In this document: in pieces, positions 53,501-59,910 of the stretch | Numbering within the stretch: position 1 is the first letter of the stretch | Layout: every line of letters begins with the position of its first letter | Assembly: GCF_035704835.1 (NCBI RefSeq) | Contig: NZ_DASSWQ010000014.1 | Span: 5,613 to 69,612, forward strand | Source: Marivirga sp. | GTDB taxonomy: Bacteria > Bacteroidota > Bacteroidia > Cytophagales > Cyclobacteriaceae | Length of the DNA: 64,000 nt | Reading direction: 5' to 3' | Notes under the pieces: generated by a model | The model's database searches: none | Told to the model about the DNA's origin: nothing | The model's input: only the letters and a program-made list of their open reading frames with translations | Position numbers and translations under genes: made by a program

Positions 53501-56500
53501 ATCCATCACGGTAATGAAGTTTGCTAAATCATCATTATCATTATTCACAGAAGAAATTGCTGAAGCAGCACCTACTAAAGTGAGTGTATTTGAAGCTTCA
53601 ACAGGATCAGTAGTAATATCTATTGAGACAGATCCAAAATCATAGCAATAAGTACCTGATTTGTAAGCATAAATATCAAAATAATATTGGGTACTTCCGC
53701 TTAGTTCAGTAATGGTAACACTTGTGCCTTCATTGGCATATACAATTTTATTTCCGCTGGTGCCATCACCATCAGCTGCTGCTAAAAAGCTAGATGTGGC
53801 AATATCCCCAGTTCCTCCATCTTCAAAATTATCACCATTATTAAATGTTAAATCTACAGCAGAACCTTCTTTTGCTACGATTAAGTATCTATCAGCACCT
53901 GTAACCGCTGTCCAACTTAAGTCCACCGATACTGCTGTTACATTTGCAGGCGCATTAAAAATGGCTTCTGACTCAGGCGGTTCACAAACCGTTGTTTCTG
54001 AAAGTGTAACTGCGGTAGTATTATAGCAGAAACCACCTCTAGTCGGGTTGTACTCATAAATATCGAAACTGTAAGCAGTATTTTCATCAAGTCCCGTAAT
54101 GCTTGTAGAAGTACCATTCCCGTCATAAACTGCAAAATTGCCAGTCCCTAATTCTTGTCCAGATCCAAACTGACTATTTTCATTATAATCAATATTAGAG
54201 CTTGGAGCTTGAGCAGAAGAACCAGACTCTCGAGCTAAGATCAACACATTCCCCCCGCCTTGAATTGTCCAAGTGAGTGCTATCTCATCAAATGCATTTA
54301 CAGTAATGGAAGTGTTATTTACTTCTGTTATGGCTGGATCACATAAAGTAGTTTCCATAATAGTTTCTCCTACATTCTCATAACAGAAACCATTATCATT
54401 GAACAGATAAACATCAATTGAATATTCTTGATAATCATCCAGTCCCGTTAAGGTAAAACTAGTACCAGTTCCTTCATAAACAACATAATTACCACTAGCT
54501 CCAAACTGATCACCTGAGCTAAATGCAGCATTTGCAGTATAATCCTGTCCGTCAGTAGGGGCCGTTTTTGTTGAAGTGCTTAATCGAGCTACCGCTAACA
54601 CATTTAACCCACTGGCATTAGTCCAACTAATGTCCATTTGATTTACGGCAACATTTGAAGTGGCTAAGTCCGCTACAGTTTCCGTTGGATCCACACATAA
54701 GGTAGTTCCTGATCTCAATGGAGGAGTGTCATTATTGTAATTGTAAGTTTCATCTACAGCAACACCTCCATCATCAAGATAAGTATATGGAAGTACTTTA
54801 AAAGTGTAATCAGTATCAGCATCTAGACCTGAAATATTAACTGTAGTTGCATTTTCATCATCAACATCCACATAAAATACCTCGCCTACACCTGTTGGGT
54901 AAGTTTGATTATCAGGATTTACTCCATTCTCCAAAAATGAATCATCTAGCTCCGAATTTGATTTTGTATATAAAACGAGATAACCTGCAGCTCCAGTAAC
55001 TGCAGTCCAGTTCACTGTTATTTCTGAATTTGAAATAACAGCAAGATTAAAAGTACCATCATCCGCAACATCAGCTCCCCCATCAGCAGGAGCTTGTAAA
55101 GTATAAAAATCAACATCAGGTTTATCCGTTATATTATATCCAATGGTTGCGTCTTCAGCAGCATCTTTATTATATGGAATAATTGAAAATTTATATCTAG
55201 TAGCAGCAAGTAAGCCTGTAACAGCCACTTCTGTTGCAGCAGCTTCTGTTATTTCAACATAACTAGGTAGGCCTGTCTGCACTGCAGGCAAAACACCATT
55301 TTCAATCGTTGATAAATTAATAATTCCAGGAGCAACATATTCCTCATAATAGATTAAAAACCCACCATCATCTGAAAAACCCGGAATATTAGTAGTGTAA
55401 TCATCTAATAAAAAAGTAAGGCTTTCTGCTGTTGCAGAATCTTTAACAAATCCAGTTACAGGGTCGGGAGGTAATGTTGCGCTCGTAAACACCGCTTCTC
55501 TTTTTGTGTTGCTGGCTGTATTATAGTTATAGGTTTCAGGCACAGGAATGCCCCCGTCTGTAGCATAGGAGTATGGGATAATTCTAAAACTATATTCTGT
55601 TTTGGGATTCAAGCCTGTTATTTCAGCTTCTAGGGTAGATCCTCCATCTACATATTGAAAACCTGTTGCTTGACCGAAATCCCCTGCATCAGAATGAACT
55701 ACACCATCGGTAACACCATTCCCGTCAGGATCATTATTTCCAGTTCTATATAAAATTAAATAACCATTTGCACCCGTGGATTCATCATAACTTAGTGTGA
55801 TTGAACCATCTGTTTTACTTTCATAATTTAAGTTAGCTATGTCGTCAGATGGCTGTGTTTGTAATGTCCAGTGAGTGGCGGTAGGAGCATCACTTTTTCT
55901 ATAATGAAAAGTTTCCTCATTTATACCATCAGAATTATAAATTGGCAATATGAAAGAATATTGTGTTCCAGGATTTAATCCCGTTGCACTAATCGCAGTT
56001 GCACCATCAATTGTTTCGAATACAAAATTATCCCCGGCAATCTGTCCGTTTGGCAAATCTCCATTACTTAAATTTGTTAAATCTTCTGGTGTATCCCCAG
56101 TTTTAAAATACAAGACATATCCACCATTGTCAGGAAATGTATAACCACCAAAAGTAAATGCAATACTACTAGTTGAATTATCATCAAATTGAAAATTATT
56201 TACTGGCGAAGTAGGCTGATCTGCTAATGTATAAGCTGAAATCAACTCAATTCCAGGAGTTTTATAATTATATGTAGTAGGCTCATCAGCCGAATGTGAA
56301 AATGCAATAATTCTAAAACTGTATTCAGTAGCTTCAGTCAAACCAGTAATTGTAGGATTTGTTGAAGCTGAGCTTTGTACAAATTGATAACCATCAGCGT
56401 CTGTAAATTCGCTTCCATCTGTACTTTTAGTTCCATCAACCACTCCCGTGGCATCAGGTGCAGTATTGCCAGTAGCATATAAAATTAAATACCCATCCGC

Positions 56501-57676
56501 ATCTGGTACTGCATCATAAATAATGGACATTTCAGTTACATTCGGAATGTCCCTTGCAGGATTTATCGGGTCAGTAGTAGGTTCATCTGCCAAAGTATAA
56601 GCCGATAATTCACTATTAGTAGTTACATTATAATTGGTAGTCAATGGATCAATTCCAGTATTATAAGGAATAATGACGAATGAATATTCTATACCTGCAG
56701 ACAACCCAGTAATATCTTGACTAGTACTTGAGGAGCCAGTTCTTACAATATTGTTACCAAATGGCTGTGAATTAGGTTCAATACCTAATTCAACTTCAGT
56801 TGCAGGATCGGGGGCTGATGATCCCGTGGCCCAAAGTATCAAATATCCATCATTATCAGTGGTTTCAGCCGTCCATTCCAATTCAATATTGTTATTTCCC
56901 TTGGAGCGAACGCCAAAGTCTGCAATAGCATTGGATGTAACTGTTTCTAAAGTGTAAGTAGTTAAGGTGGTATTCCCTGTTAATTTATAGTTCGTTGTAG
57001 CTGGATCTGAACCAACATTATAAGGGATAATCCTGAAAGAATAATCTGAGTTAGCAGTTAAGCCATTAATAGTAGTTGAGGTGGTTGAAGCATCTTCAAT
57101 TAATACCTGGTTTGCATATGAAAGAGAAGCAGGAGCAGTCCCTAGATCTAAATCCGTTTCATCAGGAGCTGCGCCTCCTGCAGAATAAACGATTAGGTAA
57201 CCTGTAATATCTGTATTTTGAGCTGTCCATTCTAGCGTAATGCTGGTAGTAGTCGCGGATTGTCGCTGAAATCCTGCCACAGCGGTTGAGGTAACATCTG
57301 AATAAGTCCAAAATGAGCCCTCGGTACTAGTTGCTGTTTGAGTGTTATCTACAGTCTCTTCTGCATATAATTCATAAAAGTATTGCGTTTCAGCAGAAAG
57401 TCCTGACAAAGTTTCATCAACAGCTTGAGTACCGTTTAAACCTGCTAATGTAATTGCAGGATCTGGAGCTTGACTAGTTAAGCTTCCAGAGGTAGTTCCA
57501 TAATTGAAATAATAATCTACATCAATAGCACCAGAAGTAGTTATTTCACCATTAAGCGTTACTCCTTCATGAGTTATGTTAGTCACAGCATTAACAGAAG
57601 TACCTGTTAATTGAGCATTTGATTTAAATCCCAACAGCAATGATGCACTAAAAAATATCAGTAAAAACTTCTTCAT
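41597..57676 (-). CDS. Giant 5359-aa T9SS-secreted surface protein (FN3-like array, Ig-like repeat array, IPT/PKD-like, Omp28-like, type A CTD)
   Basis: Signal peptide; ~10 FN3-like units with GYLxxY motifs; 16 Ig-like units opening with IDTxxP; C-terminal LYPNPA...IDTRDLKTGLY...KFVV T9SS signal; uninterrupted 16-kb ORF. Confidence 0.92.
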   Translation of the reverse strand: MKKFLLIFFSASLLLGFKSNAQLTGTSVNAVTNITHEGVTLNGEITTSGAIDVDYYFNYGTTSGSLTSQAPDPAITLAGLNGTQAVDETLSGLSAETQYFYELYAEETVDNTQTATSTEGSFWTYSDVTSTAVAGFQRQSATTTSITLEWTAQNTDITGYLIVYSAGGAAPDETDLDLGTAPASLSYANQVLIEDASTTSTTINGLTANSDYSFRIIPYNVGSDPATTNYKLTGNTTLTTYTLETVTSNAIADFGVRSKGNNNIELEWTAETTDNDGYLILWATGSSAPDPATEVELGIEPNSQPFGNNIVRTGSSSTSQDITGLSAGIEYSFVIIPYNTGIDPLTTNYNVTTNSELSAYTLADEPTTDPINPARDIPNVTEMSIIYDAVPDADGYLILYATGNTAPDATGVVDGTKSTDGSEFTDADGYQFVQSSASTNPTITGLTEATEYSFRIIAFSHSADEPTTYNYKTPGIELISAYTLADQPTSPVNNFQFDDNSTSSIAFTFGGYTFPDNGGYVLYFKTGDTPEDLTNLSNGDLPNGQIAGDNFVFETIDGATAISATGLNPGTQYSFILPIYNSDGINEETFHYRKSDAPTATHWTLQTQPSDDIANLNYESKTDGSITLSYDESTGANGYLILYRTGNNDPDGNGVTDGVVHSDAGDFGQATGFQYVDGGSTLEAEITGLNPKTEYSFRIIPYSYATDGGIPVPETYNYNTASNTKREAVFTSATLPPDPVTGFVKDSATAESLTFLLDDYTTNIPGFSDDGGFLIYYEEYVAPGIINLSTIENGVLPAVQTGLPSYVEITEAAATEVAVTGLLAATRYKFSIIPYNKDAAEDATIGYNITDKPDVDFYTLQAPADGGADVADDGTFNLAVISNSEITVNWTAVTGAAGYLVLYTKSNSELDDSFLENGVNPDNQTYPTGVGEVFYVDVDDENATTVNISGLDADTDYTFKVLPYTYLDDGGVAVDETYNYNNDTPPLRSGTTLCVDPTETVADLATSNVAVNQMDISWTNASGLNVLAVARLSTSTKTAPTDGQDYTANAAFSSGDQFGASGNYVVYEGTGTSFTLTGLDDYQEYSIDVYLFNDNGFCYENVGETIMETTLCDPAITEVNNTSITVNAFDEIALTWTIQGGGNVLILARESGSSAQAPSSNIDYNENSQFGSGQELGTGNFAVYDGNGTSTSITGLDENTAYSFDIYEYNPTRGGFCYNTTAVTLSETTVCEPPESEAIFNAPANVTAVSVDLSWTAVTGADRYLIVAKEGSAVDLTFNNGDNFEDGGTGDIATSSFLAAADGDGTSGNKIVYANEGTSVTITELSGSTQYYFDIYAYKSGTYCYDFGSVSIDITTDPVEASNTLTLVGAASAISSVNNDNDDLANFITVMDFDMNDVGDDGADTKISGFTFTAGTGNDFASWNDILADAKVINTNNSTEFPATISVGSNQIEVTIGNSDNNISTHFGFLADGGSINLELQIRLKKTISEEIDLKNLVFELDPANITIRSGSEFAPVPTITTSETDNEIEVLATAFEFTTDPPGTVNAGENVSPQAVVEAKDANGNLDLDYGTFAITNAGAITMDNLPSPPSFTNGEFEFPATFNYQGSGDGTLTITDGANLFNLSSTSVTVNPTVGLTELTAGLNAGTLQSSSTDQAVLGFEIAALGTSQVNEIVFTTDEDITGLVDNLRLVASPDNIYDGDESSITSTLNITGGTTITFSGLTEDFSSDSKNYFLILDVDDNVNIDLAPVTFQLDISDIVFTNSANKNASSFSRQYDFEDVTKPEIDQITAIPTLLSGADVGNDALEIKVTFNEKMDDAIIPDIDFPTVGEDPLFTNSLSGPNGNSGWSADSTFYSFYFDLADQDELMENIDISISNAFDKYGNSLDAVNEADLFSIDTENPIADNINLDLALVNRTDDTIELTVTFNKEMNGAIDPSFTPDNSINLIENGDGVWSLGNTVYTVTFTHDLGVEENITDKIIIEDAEDVAGNIMDIAETDPFTINTTRARIDFITATNTTGIYKANDVITIEVHFDQNLTVDDALGSPELDLNSNGIAVFDNAANNILTFNYTVLATENAALLDVTGFRLEDATIKNAGLNDAILTLPADAADELSTRKEIEIDTQSPEITSTSITPNTVSRVNPTLTLIVNYNEVMDQTSTPSFLPSDANIILQSGGWSDNQTYRAEFEHDLTVEEEVANVTIEISDATDSVGNTTVTADSETFNIDTQHPRITEIVTTTADGTYGPGEQINIRVVFDEAIQQTGTAPTLTLNTGATAVFDNITGVNQDQLNFIYTIGAANSGENTLDLDVTSISTSENEVLDLINNPSVLTLPAAPNKLSDNAAIIIDTRPAEITNVTSTSLEPKYKAGESIEIVVTFDEIVTVTNTPRIALNTGDYANYTGGSGTNELTFNYTVQNSDGITLFDVVDLEYEDVNSLELNGGSIIDPASVPVDQTLPTIGSGTSLSDNTDIEIDTRDPEFTIDLDIVMVDLNDLTLTVTTNYDEAMDMTTDPSYAISQGTNLIQDNVGAWTNNTTYVETFTHNGTEEELTGITIEISGATDEVGNTAVTNTSGPFDIDTQSPEIASTSITPNTVSQVNPTFTLIINYNEVMDQLSAPGFSFSNGSNISFQSGGWTNNQTYRAEFEHDLTVEEEFDNVTIEITGATDSVGNTTVTADSETFNIDTQSPRITEIVSSTADGTYGPGEQINIKVVFDEDIQQTGTTPTLTLNTGATAAFDNITNGNELNFIYTIGAVNSGENTLDLNVTSISTSENEVLDLVDNPSVLTLPVVPNQLSDNAAIVIDTRPAVITNVTSTNVDGKYKAGDNIEIVVTFDEVVTVTNTPRIALNTGDYAEYTSGSNSTELIFNYTVQDSDGVTLFDVTDLEYNDINSLELNGGSIIDPASVPVDQTLPTIGSSNSLGDNKNIEIDTRSPEFTIDLDISMVDLNDLVLTVTTVYDEDMDMSSDPAYSFNLPNNLDKDNVGNWSDNRTYVETFTHDQTEEEISNITIEITGATDEVGNIATTNTSASFDIDTQKPRITVITSTSSGIYGPGDIIDIKVVFDEDVQKIGANPTLNLNSTGVATYVDITNGNEMNFSYTVGSVNSGENTGDLTVNSFSPSENVVLDLQANPSILNLPGGNNLGDNANIIIDTDPADVTNVTANPTSGIFKAGDVIDIIVTFNETVVVDETGGTPRLLLNTGSYANYSSGSNSTELTFTYTVASAGGSIVDVLDLEYANINSLELNGGSIVDLASVNANLVLPATAGAGSLSDNTDIEIDTTSPTVTIDLDNTEITRANNQLVLTATYNEDMDQVTTPSLNVQGSDDLILDAANWNSATVFIATYTHNLTEEEVQNVTIEVSGATDVVGNTSITNTSETFTIDTQKPRITEIVSTSSNGLYSPGDNINIQLVFDEDVTVGGTPTLNLNSGGQANYQNVTNGNEVNFVYTVGGVNSGENTLDLDVTAFNMNGGNIRDLVSNDAEIILPSDPDRLQDNADIQVDSDPADVLNVTAVPDQGFFTAGDQIDITIEFDEPVVVTGTPLLSLNTGSNAEYVSGSNSTILTFNYTVEASNGTTIVDVAELEYVDINSIDLNSGAIEDLAGISASLGLPAVGSANSLNGNTEITIDTEDPELANDPFTPFNGEFNVSHSLTFKIEMNEPVSGQGTNNITIIDKKTSSVLVVLDGGTAFTNNTSNILDFDSFENLLQDSTEYYIQIDPGALVDRAGNPFAGFNADNIWSFTTFGPPRIDDFPIDGACVGGQFIIKGQYFTGVTRIRTNIDGAEGTVLNTADFVIVDDETITFDVPEGTIPGRITLDKQSGQKGNTADASTTSDEEISVGPSSAQLVLEQASSSICDFDDLGNVNQVEISVNVVGGSGVYTLEYKVGSDDPVIRPGYVSGTTFFVTPPDDGENTITIVSLEDEELNICTVPSANLGTDLEITKFIRSKVDAGGFAENEDEIGVIELCGANTNIVDFEDENLVSNRPSIIGDVEQGTWTIDQGPSTNGGGFSPDFNLKSVQTDRPDTVKYYASFADGVSGEIQLKLTSDEPGGLNPCDGPSDLVIIRFSESLTVNTSSNVSICIDTDENGNELAVTQLNSTVSGGIESDSLTVLWERIDNTANELANYDGTWGFKDDENQTEYSLTSNVLNPIYKASPQEIDSGRANLTIQPVVLFDGVGCGDIPAPRPVTLNINDIPVLSRSDFSEIVCSGEQEVRYRMIPNDANNTFNWYFVGEDATDADDGNKFEGEVDNRNLVFINFREVETETTEILVVEEIDASSGCVSEPDTFFISLKPKPIAIIDYEESTTISNTADPILLRGLGGPDTTNLKDNSTILGQENFEFFGPGVVQNSDSSYYLDSRQLALTVLADPNDVHEIFFRYTNQFGCVADTSISFNVFNAERIFPDLDQVQYCQLNDSIQIRVDDAIIEGFEVTDINGPGISNLEYIIDVVDGDSIRALTAIFNPATAYAENQDAENPSLISISYSTVDLSNPENVQENVADQTVRVNPLPELEIEGFENFEDEGFEFSLCSFDEPLELEPIVSGTNTNIFNFELLNSEVGLPDSLLIGDNVEGFVFNQTLLQDYLANENKDSIKIEIEYTYTNQNGCTNSKVYDFVVWKQPDAPTLKSSDICVIEDGEVEDAEVIGYNGSNENEELIWLANDVFTTEQDAILGRGTTFSPGEDLFVNSNTRRFYVFRLNENSSGEDYPSCVSSPTVVTYRRIINPDFRWNKSTFGNEDIIFTGNPNQTALKSTEWTITRISDNTELGPEAFTVENDTTVAVDFNNYGAGRYEVEFSILTRNGCLANVSEKIVILPEANLANRYVYSFDGSSEGWVSDGFARNDTDSVRLWDFSVPRDTSTFESSDEVWITNASGSYESNIESYVYSPAMDIRTIERPVVSFDLWLDIAAGNDGLILEYSTDGKRIEDSEKRWVVLGDVSGAISSGLEWYNLEDIESRPGTTFIDNNGDIISNNSSANGWSLLNDSESIEPVNAKHALEEIPIDQRENVIFRFQFKSRASDGGDNFNNPDGAAFDNFVIESLNRNVLVEYFGDDNSPHDTVEMNSIKQTFETFGNFAWINYRINEDDALYQRNSSSMLSRLYFYDAYTANNQFAIDGVLNSEFSFSENNTGRNAVSRARLRSSSANLDISVNSASENELTIDVDYDILEELPETTRLFVAVLHNEVNIEGQMSSYYNVLRTLLPTNEGSALETSAGEGTLSTTFIAQKEEDEEAITIVAFLQDMENGTIIQSAYEVEVPLLTLPTVTSNTHRLDNLNIQLYPNPAYDYLKISYGAILGERLKAKVIDVTGKEIHSFDLLVGEAEHEIDTRDLKTGLYNLIIFGENGENRTMKFVVSD
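48575..51307 (-). repeat. Intragenic tandem duplication of a four-module block (1368 and 1365 nt)
   Basis: IDTQSPEI starts at 51307 and 49939. Long identical DNA runs, e.g. the 31-nt CTAACCGTATTAGGCGTTATGCTTGTGCTAG, occur in both copies. Confidence 0.92.
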
Positions 57677-57691
57677 ATTATAATCTCCTTA

Positions 57692-58882
57692 TCAATCTTC
57701 TAATTCTCCAAAACCATTGGTTTTAATCAATAGTAATGTGTTCTCAATTCCTATAACAGTAGAGCCAATAGCGAAAATCCTATCATTGACCATAACCGCA
57801 TCATGTAAAACCTCATTTTCATTACTTCCGAAGGATTTGGTAAATACTTCCCCTCCGTTTGGTCCCCTTCTCGACAGAAAAAAATCTGTTTGTTCATTAG
57901 CTCCTGCCCGTGAAATTTCGGATGAACCACTTATTAAATAACCATCTTCAATTTTTTTTACGCCTCTAAGCTCATCATTACCCTCGCCACCGATAAAAAT
58001 CGGAGAAGCAGAAAATGCCTGATACATAAAAACATCAATTTGACTATTTACACTATGCTCGCCAAAAAGCATAATATTGCCTTCGGGTGAAGCCAATAAT
58101 TGTTTTGTAAAAATATTATTAGACCCAGGGAAATTAAGGGGTTCCGCATCTTCGATTTGCTGCATATTTATGCCGTTACTTCTTACTAAAACAGAATTTC
58201 CTGAATTGTAGACCCAATTTAATCTTCCATTACTATCTTTATACAATGCAGTGGCAGGCAGTGCTTTGGCTTTATGGGTTTTAAAAAAAGTCTCAATTGT
58301 CAAGTTATCTACACTTAATTCGCCATAAAAGGTGGAGTCTTCAGCATCGTCCATTTGCTCCGAACCTCCAAATAGAATTCGGGATGACGCCTCATCATAA
58401 TTCAAACCTGTTAGGCTATAATTATCTGCACCTGAAGTATAGATCTGACTATTTATGGAGTCTAATGAAGAACTGACCGTCATAAAAAACAATGCTGTAT
58501 TACCAACGGTTTGATTTCCTATTGTACCTCCAATTACTATATTGTCATTTGGCAATACTAATACCTGGCTTGCTCTCCAACTTTGATTTTGTGGATAGTA
58601 GCGTTCGGAATTAGAAACAGGTAATTCCCCATTAGCATCTACCCTTACTAGTCTAACCCTTTCAGTGATGGTACCAGAAATTGGATCGTTTATAGTGCTG
58701 TTAGAAACAATTAGTAAATTTCCATCAGAGAGCGCCTCAATTTTTAATGGGTTATCGGTCCCTCTTCCTTTAATGATTTTAATAAATGCATTCTGTTGGG
58801 CAGGAGCTATTCCTTCCTCCGTATTACATGCAAAAACAGTCATTATTATTAATGTCCATATCGTGAACTTCAAATATTTCAT
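57692..58882 (-). CDS. Lipoprotein, probable beta-propeller
   Basis: Lipobox VFAC then NTEEG; repeats such as NDNIVIGG, DGYLISG, DRIFAIG and GGxGNDE / GSNENE. Confidence 0.7.
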   Translation of the reverse strand: MKYLKFTIWTLIIMTVFACNTEEGIAPAQQNAFIKIIKGRGTDNPLKIEALSDGNLLIVSNSTINDPISGTITERVRLVRVDANGELPVSNSERYYPQNQSWRASQVLVLPNDNIVIGGTIGNQTVGNTALFFMTVSSSLDSINSQIYTSGADNYSLTGLNYDEASSRILFGGSEQMDDAEDSTFYGELSVDNLTIETFFKTHKAKALPATALYKDSNGRLNWVYNSGNSVLVRSNGINMQQIEDAEPLNFPGSNNIFTKQLLASPEGNIMLFGEHSVNSQIDVFMYQAFSASPIFIGGEGNDELRGVKKIEDGYLISGSSEISRAGANEQTDFFLSRRGPNGGEVFTKSFGSNENEVLHDAVMVNDRIFAIGSTVIGIENTLLLIKTNGFGELED

Positions 58883-59910
58883 TTTTTCAACTCAGGGTTA
58901 AATCTTGGGAAACGAAAACCTAATCTCAATATGAAAGCATGTCCTTTATATTGATTATCTGCGTAGGCAGCATCTTTTAAAATTAATTTCAATTCCTCTG
59001 TTTCTACATTTTCATTCTTTTCTTCTATAAATCGATGTTGATATAATGCCTCCACCGTGATATAATTTCTACCCAATACCTTGAAATTTCCTCTTACTCC
59101 TATAATCGCGCTTACGTTCAATAAATTTCTGTAATTAATCATGTCAAGATCAATGATTTCTGTTCCAACACCTCGAACAGAGAGTTCTGACGATAGTAAA
59201 TAATGAAATGAAGGCCCTCCAGTGGCTTCAAGTAAGAATTGATTGAAGAAAGGGAGTTTATAATTTAATAAAAATGGGAGTTCGAGCCATTGTTGCATTT
59301 CAGTAATTTCATGGTCCCCACTTGAATTTCCTTCTGCTGTCACGGTTGCCCTTTTCAACAATGTGGTTCTATAATTATAATGAATTTCGGCATTAGCACT
59401 AAACTCATCATTAATAGGATATTGAAAAAATAAACCAACTCCTATTCCTAAGGGTGGATCATAAGTACCTGAACTGGACAAATTATAGTTGTCATTATTT
59501 TCGAGTATTTGTATAAAATTAAAGCTCCCTGTAAATTTTAAGCCATAAAAAAACTTCGCATCTGTTTCAAAGTTTTCGGCTAAAATTACCAGTTCTGTAG
59601 GATCAGAATCTAAGTCTATTTGATATTCGGGGTCAATTTTAAGCAATCTCAAGAAGGATTCTTCTGCTTTATTCTGTTCTTCATTAAAAAGATAAGACAA
59701 GGTAACCAACCTCAATGCTTCTACTTTTTCTTCATCTGTAAATCCATTATCAATACATTTCAATAGTAGCTTTGGAAGCTCATTAAGTTTTCCTTCATCA
59801 TAAAAATTTCGGGCTTCTCGCAAGTTTTGCACACAAGAGCTTTGTGCAAAAGTGGTATTGGCAAAAATAAAGCATCCCACAACTATTAATAAGATTCTAA
59901 TTTGCTGCAT
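58879..59910 (-). CDS. Outer-membrane protein: N-terminal TPR-like helices plus PorT/OMP beta-barrel
   Basis: Signal peptide; ARNFYDEG...AEESFLRLLKIDPEY TPR; WLELPFLLNYK, GGPSFHYLL and LRLGFRF barrel strands. Confidence 0.75.
   Translation of the reverse strand: MQQIRILLIVVGCFIFANTTFAQSSCVQNLREARNFYDEGKLNELPKLLLKCIDNGFTDEEKVEALRLVTLSYLFNEEQNKAEESFLRLLKIDPEYQIDLDSDPTELVILAENFETDAKFFYGLKFTGSFNFIQILENNDNYNLSSSGTYDPPLGIGVGLFFQYPINDEFSANAEIHYNYRTTLLKRATVTAEGNSSGDHEITEMQQWLELPFLLNYKLPFFNQFLLEATGGPSFHYLLSSELSVRGVGTEIIDLDMINYRNLLNVSAIIGVRGNFKVLGRNYITVEALYQHRFIEEKNENVETEELKLILKDAAYADNQYKGHAFILRLGFRFPRFNPELKK

Noticed and set aside
42467-58901. Numerous plus-strand ORFs opposite the giant gene and lipoprotein
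   Set aside because: Ser/Val/Ile-rich antisense shadows caused by codon bias and repeats of the real gene; no recognisable motifs.
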